The notes below the pieces were generated by a model. That model saw only the letters and a list, made by a program, of their open reading frames with translations, was not told the origin of the DNA and searched no databases. Shown here piece by piece: positions 63,403-64,000 of a stretch of 64,000 nt of DNA. Position 1 is the stretch's first letter. Each line of letters opens with the position of its first letter. Origin of the DNA: an uncultured Candidatus Poseidoniales archaeon (lineage in GTDB: Archaea; Thermoplasmatota; Poseidoniia; Poseidoniales; Thalassarchaeaceae); assembly GCA_964386765.1 (NCBI GenBank), contig CAYLUC010000003.1, forward strand, positions 20,595 through 84,594. Reading direction: 5' to 3'. The position numbers were made by a program, and so were the translations under genes.

Positions 63403-64000
63403 CTATTGTGGCTCATGACGCGAAACTAGAGACTCGATTGACTCACACATGGAAATCTGATCCTTGATTACAGAGGTACTTCCATCGGGCATGACAATTC
63501 TGCATCTTGGCGAGTTCTCGTCTTGCAGGTCATTGAGATTGTTGGCAACAACTGCATCTACTCCATATCTAGAAATCTGATCCAATGAACGATTGATCAA
63601 ATCGTCCTCAGATGAGTCAACCTCCAGTTTGAACCCTATTCTATATGCCCCATCTGTGAACTCAGATAATTCTGAAATGTGCTTAGGGCCCTCACTGAGA
63701 GTAAGAGTCCAATCTCCTTCTCCACTGGGTTTCTTTCCATCTAACGGCTCTTGAAAATAATCTAAGACGGCTGCTGCGTGTATCCAGACCTCGGGTTTGG
63801 GACTAGTTAACGCCAATTCTTTGGCCAACTCTAGCATTCCACCGGGCGAGCCATCAACACGGACATCAGGCATAGTAAATGTCGATCGTACTGATGTCTT
63901 ACCGGCTATGCAAGTTACTTCATGGCCCATACGATGAAGATGCTCGGCAATAGCCCAACCGGTTCTGCCGGATGACGCATTCTGAATGGCCCTGACAGAG
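63403..64000 (-). CDS. coaBC: Phosphopantothenate-cysteine ligase / PPC decarboxylase (CoaBC), C-terminal CoaB part; N-terminus is beyond the window
   Basis: 'AAAVLDYF', 'VANNLNDLQ' and the Rossmann-like CoaB pattern are present. The ORF remains open to the window edge. Confidence 0.65.
   Translation of the reverse strand, partial: SVRAIQNASSGRTGWAIAEHLHRMGHEVTCIAGKTSVRSTFTMPDVRVDGSPGGMLELAKELALTSPKPEVWIHAAAVLDYFQEPLDGKKPSGEGDWTLTLSEGPKHISELSEFTDGAYRIGFKLEVDSSEDDLINRSLDQISRYGVDAVVANNLNDLQDENSPRCRIVMPDGSTSVIKDQISMCESIESLVSRHEPQ

Noticed and set aside
1-64000. CRISPR arrays, transposases, integrases, toxin-antitoxin or known defence-island genes
   Set aside because: No regularly spaced direct repeats were found, and no DDE, tyrosine or serine recombinase motifs. 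The only tandem repeats are the intragenic 24-bp Lys-codon repeat and the (CG)n palindromes.

Overview
This 64-kb window looks like a chromosomal segment of an archaeon, probably an uncultured marine planktonic euryarchaeote (Marine Group II/III-like). The evidence is about 50% GC, eukaryote-type ribosomal proteins S19e/L39e/L31e/S17e, PAN, Kae1, PriS, an archaeal-type ProRS ending in ...ARMY, aMBF1 and Tsr3, and Shine-Dalgarno-like GGAGGTGA motifs. It is gene-dense (about 70 CDS on both strands) and mostly housekeeping. It carries four aminoacyl-tRNA synthetases (ValRS, MetRS, ProRS) plus an AlaX editing protein, and a type IA topoisomerase I. It also carries one tRNA-Val(GAC) and an unannotated SRP (7S) RNA that a spurious ORF overlaps. 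Metabolic content includes a complete histidine-utilisation set (hutH, hutU, hutI plus a split formiminotransferase/cyclodeaminase) and a methylmalonyl-CoA mutase/epimerase pair. There is a futalosine-route menaquinone set (MqnA, MqnD and two MqnC/MqnE-type radical SAM enzymes), alongside quinone-type DHODH, a geranylgeranyl reductase and a CxxxY-type CcmE. A preQ0 (7-deazaguanine) cluster runs folE-queE-queC-queD, where queC is translationally fused to an MsrB domain, and the cluster is headed by a small RHH regulator with a perfect palindromic operator. Also present are a split transketolase, superoxide dismutase, FdhD and IscA. Several surface proteins share an N-terminal signal peptide and a C-terminal TM anchor with a basic tail. 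Less well explained features are listed here. (1) A 41-aa hydrophobic micro-ORF is tightly coupled to a PqqD/RRE-like gene. (2) A (CG)n Z-DNA-prone double palindrome sits immediately upstream of the topA promoter. (3) A priS operon encodes a polyproline/acidic-repeat protein and a Lys-rich tandem-repeat membrane protein. (4) A strongly basic disordered protein sits beside Kae1. (5) An AT-rich island with a small Zn-ribbon ORF lies next to tRNA-Val. No CRISPR array, transposase, integrase or recognisable defence system was seen. All calls rest on motif-level reading of the translations; no searches could be run.
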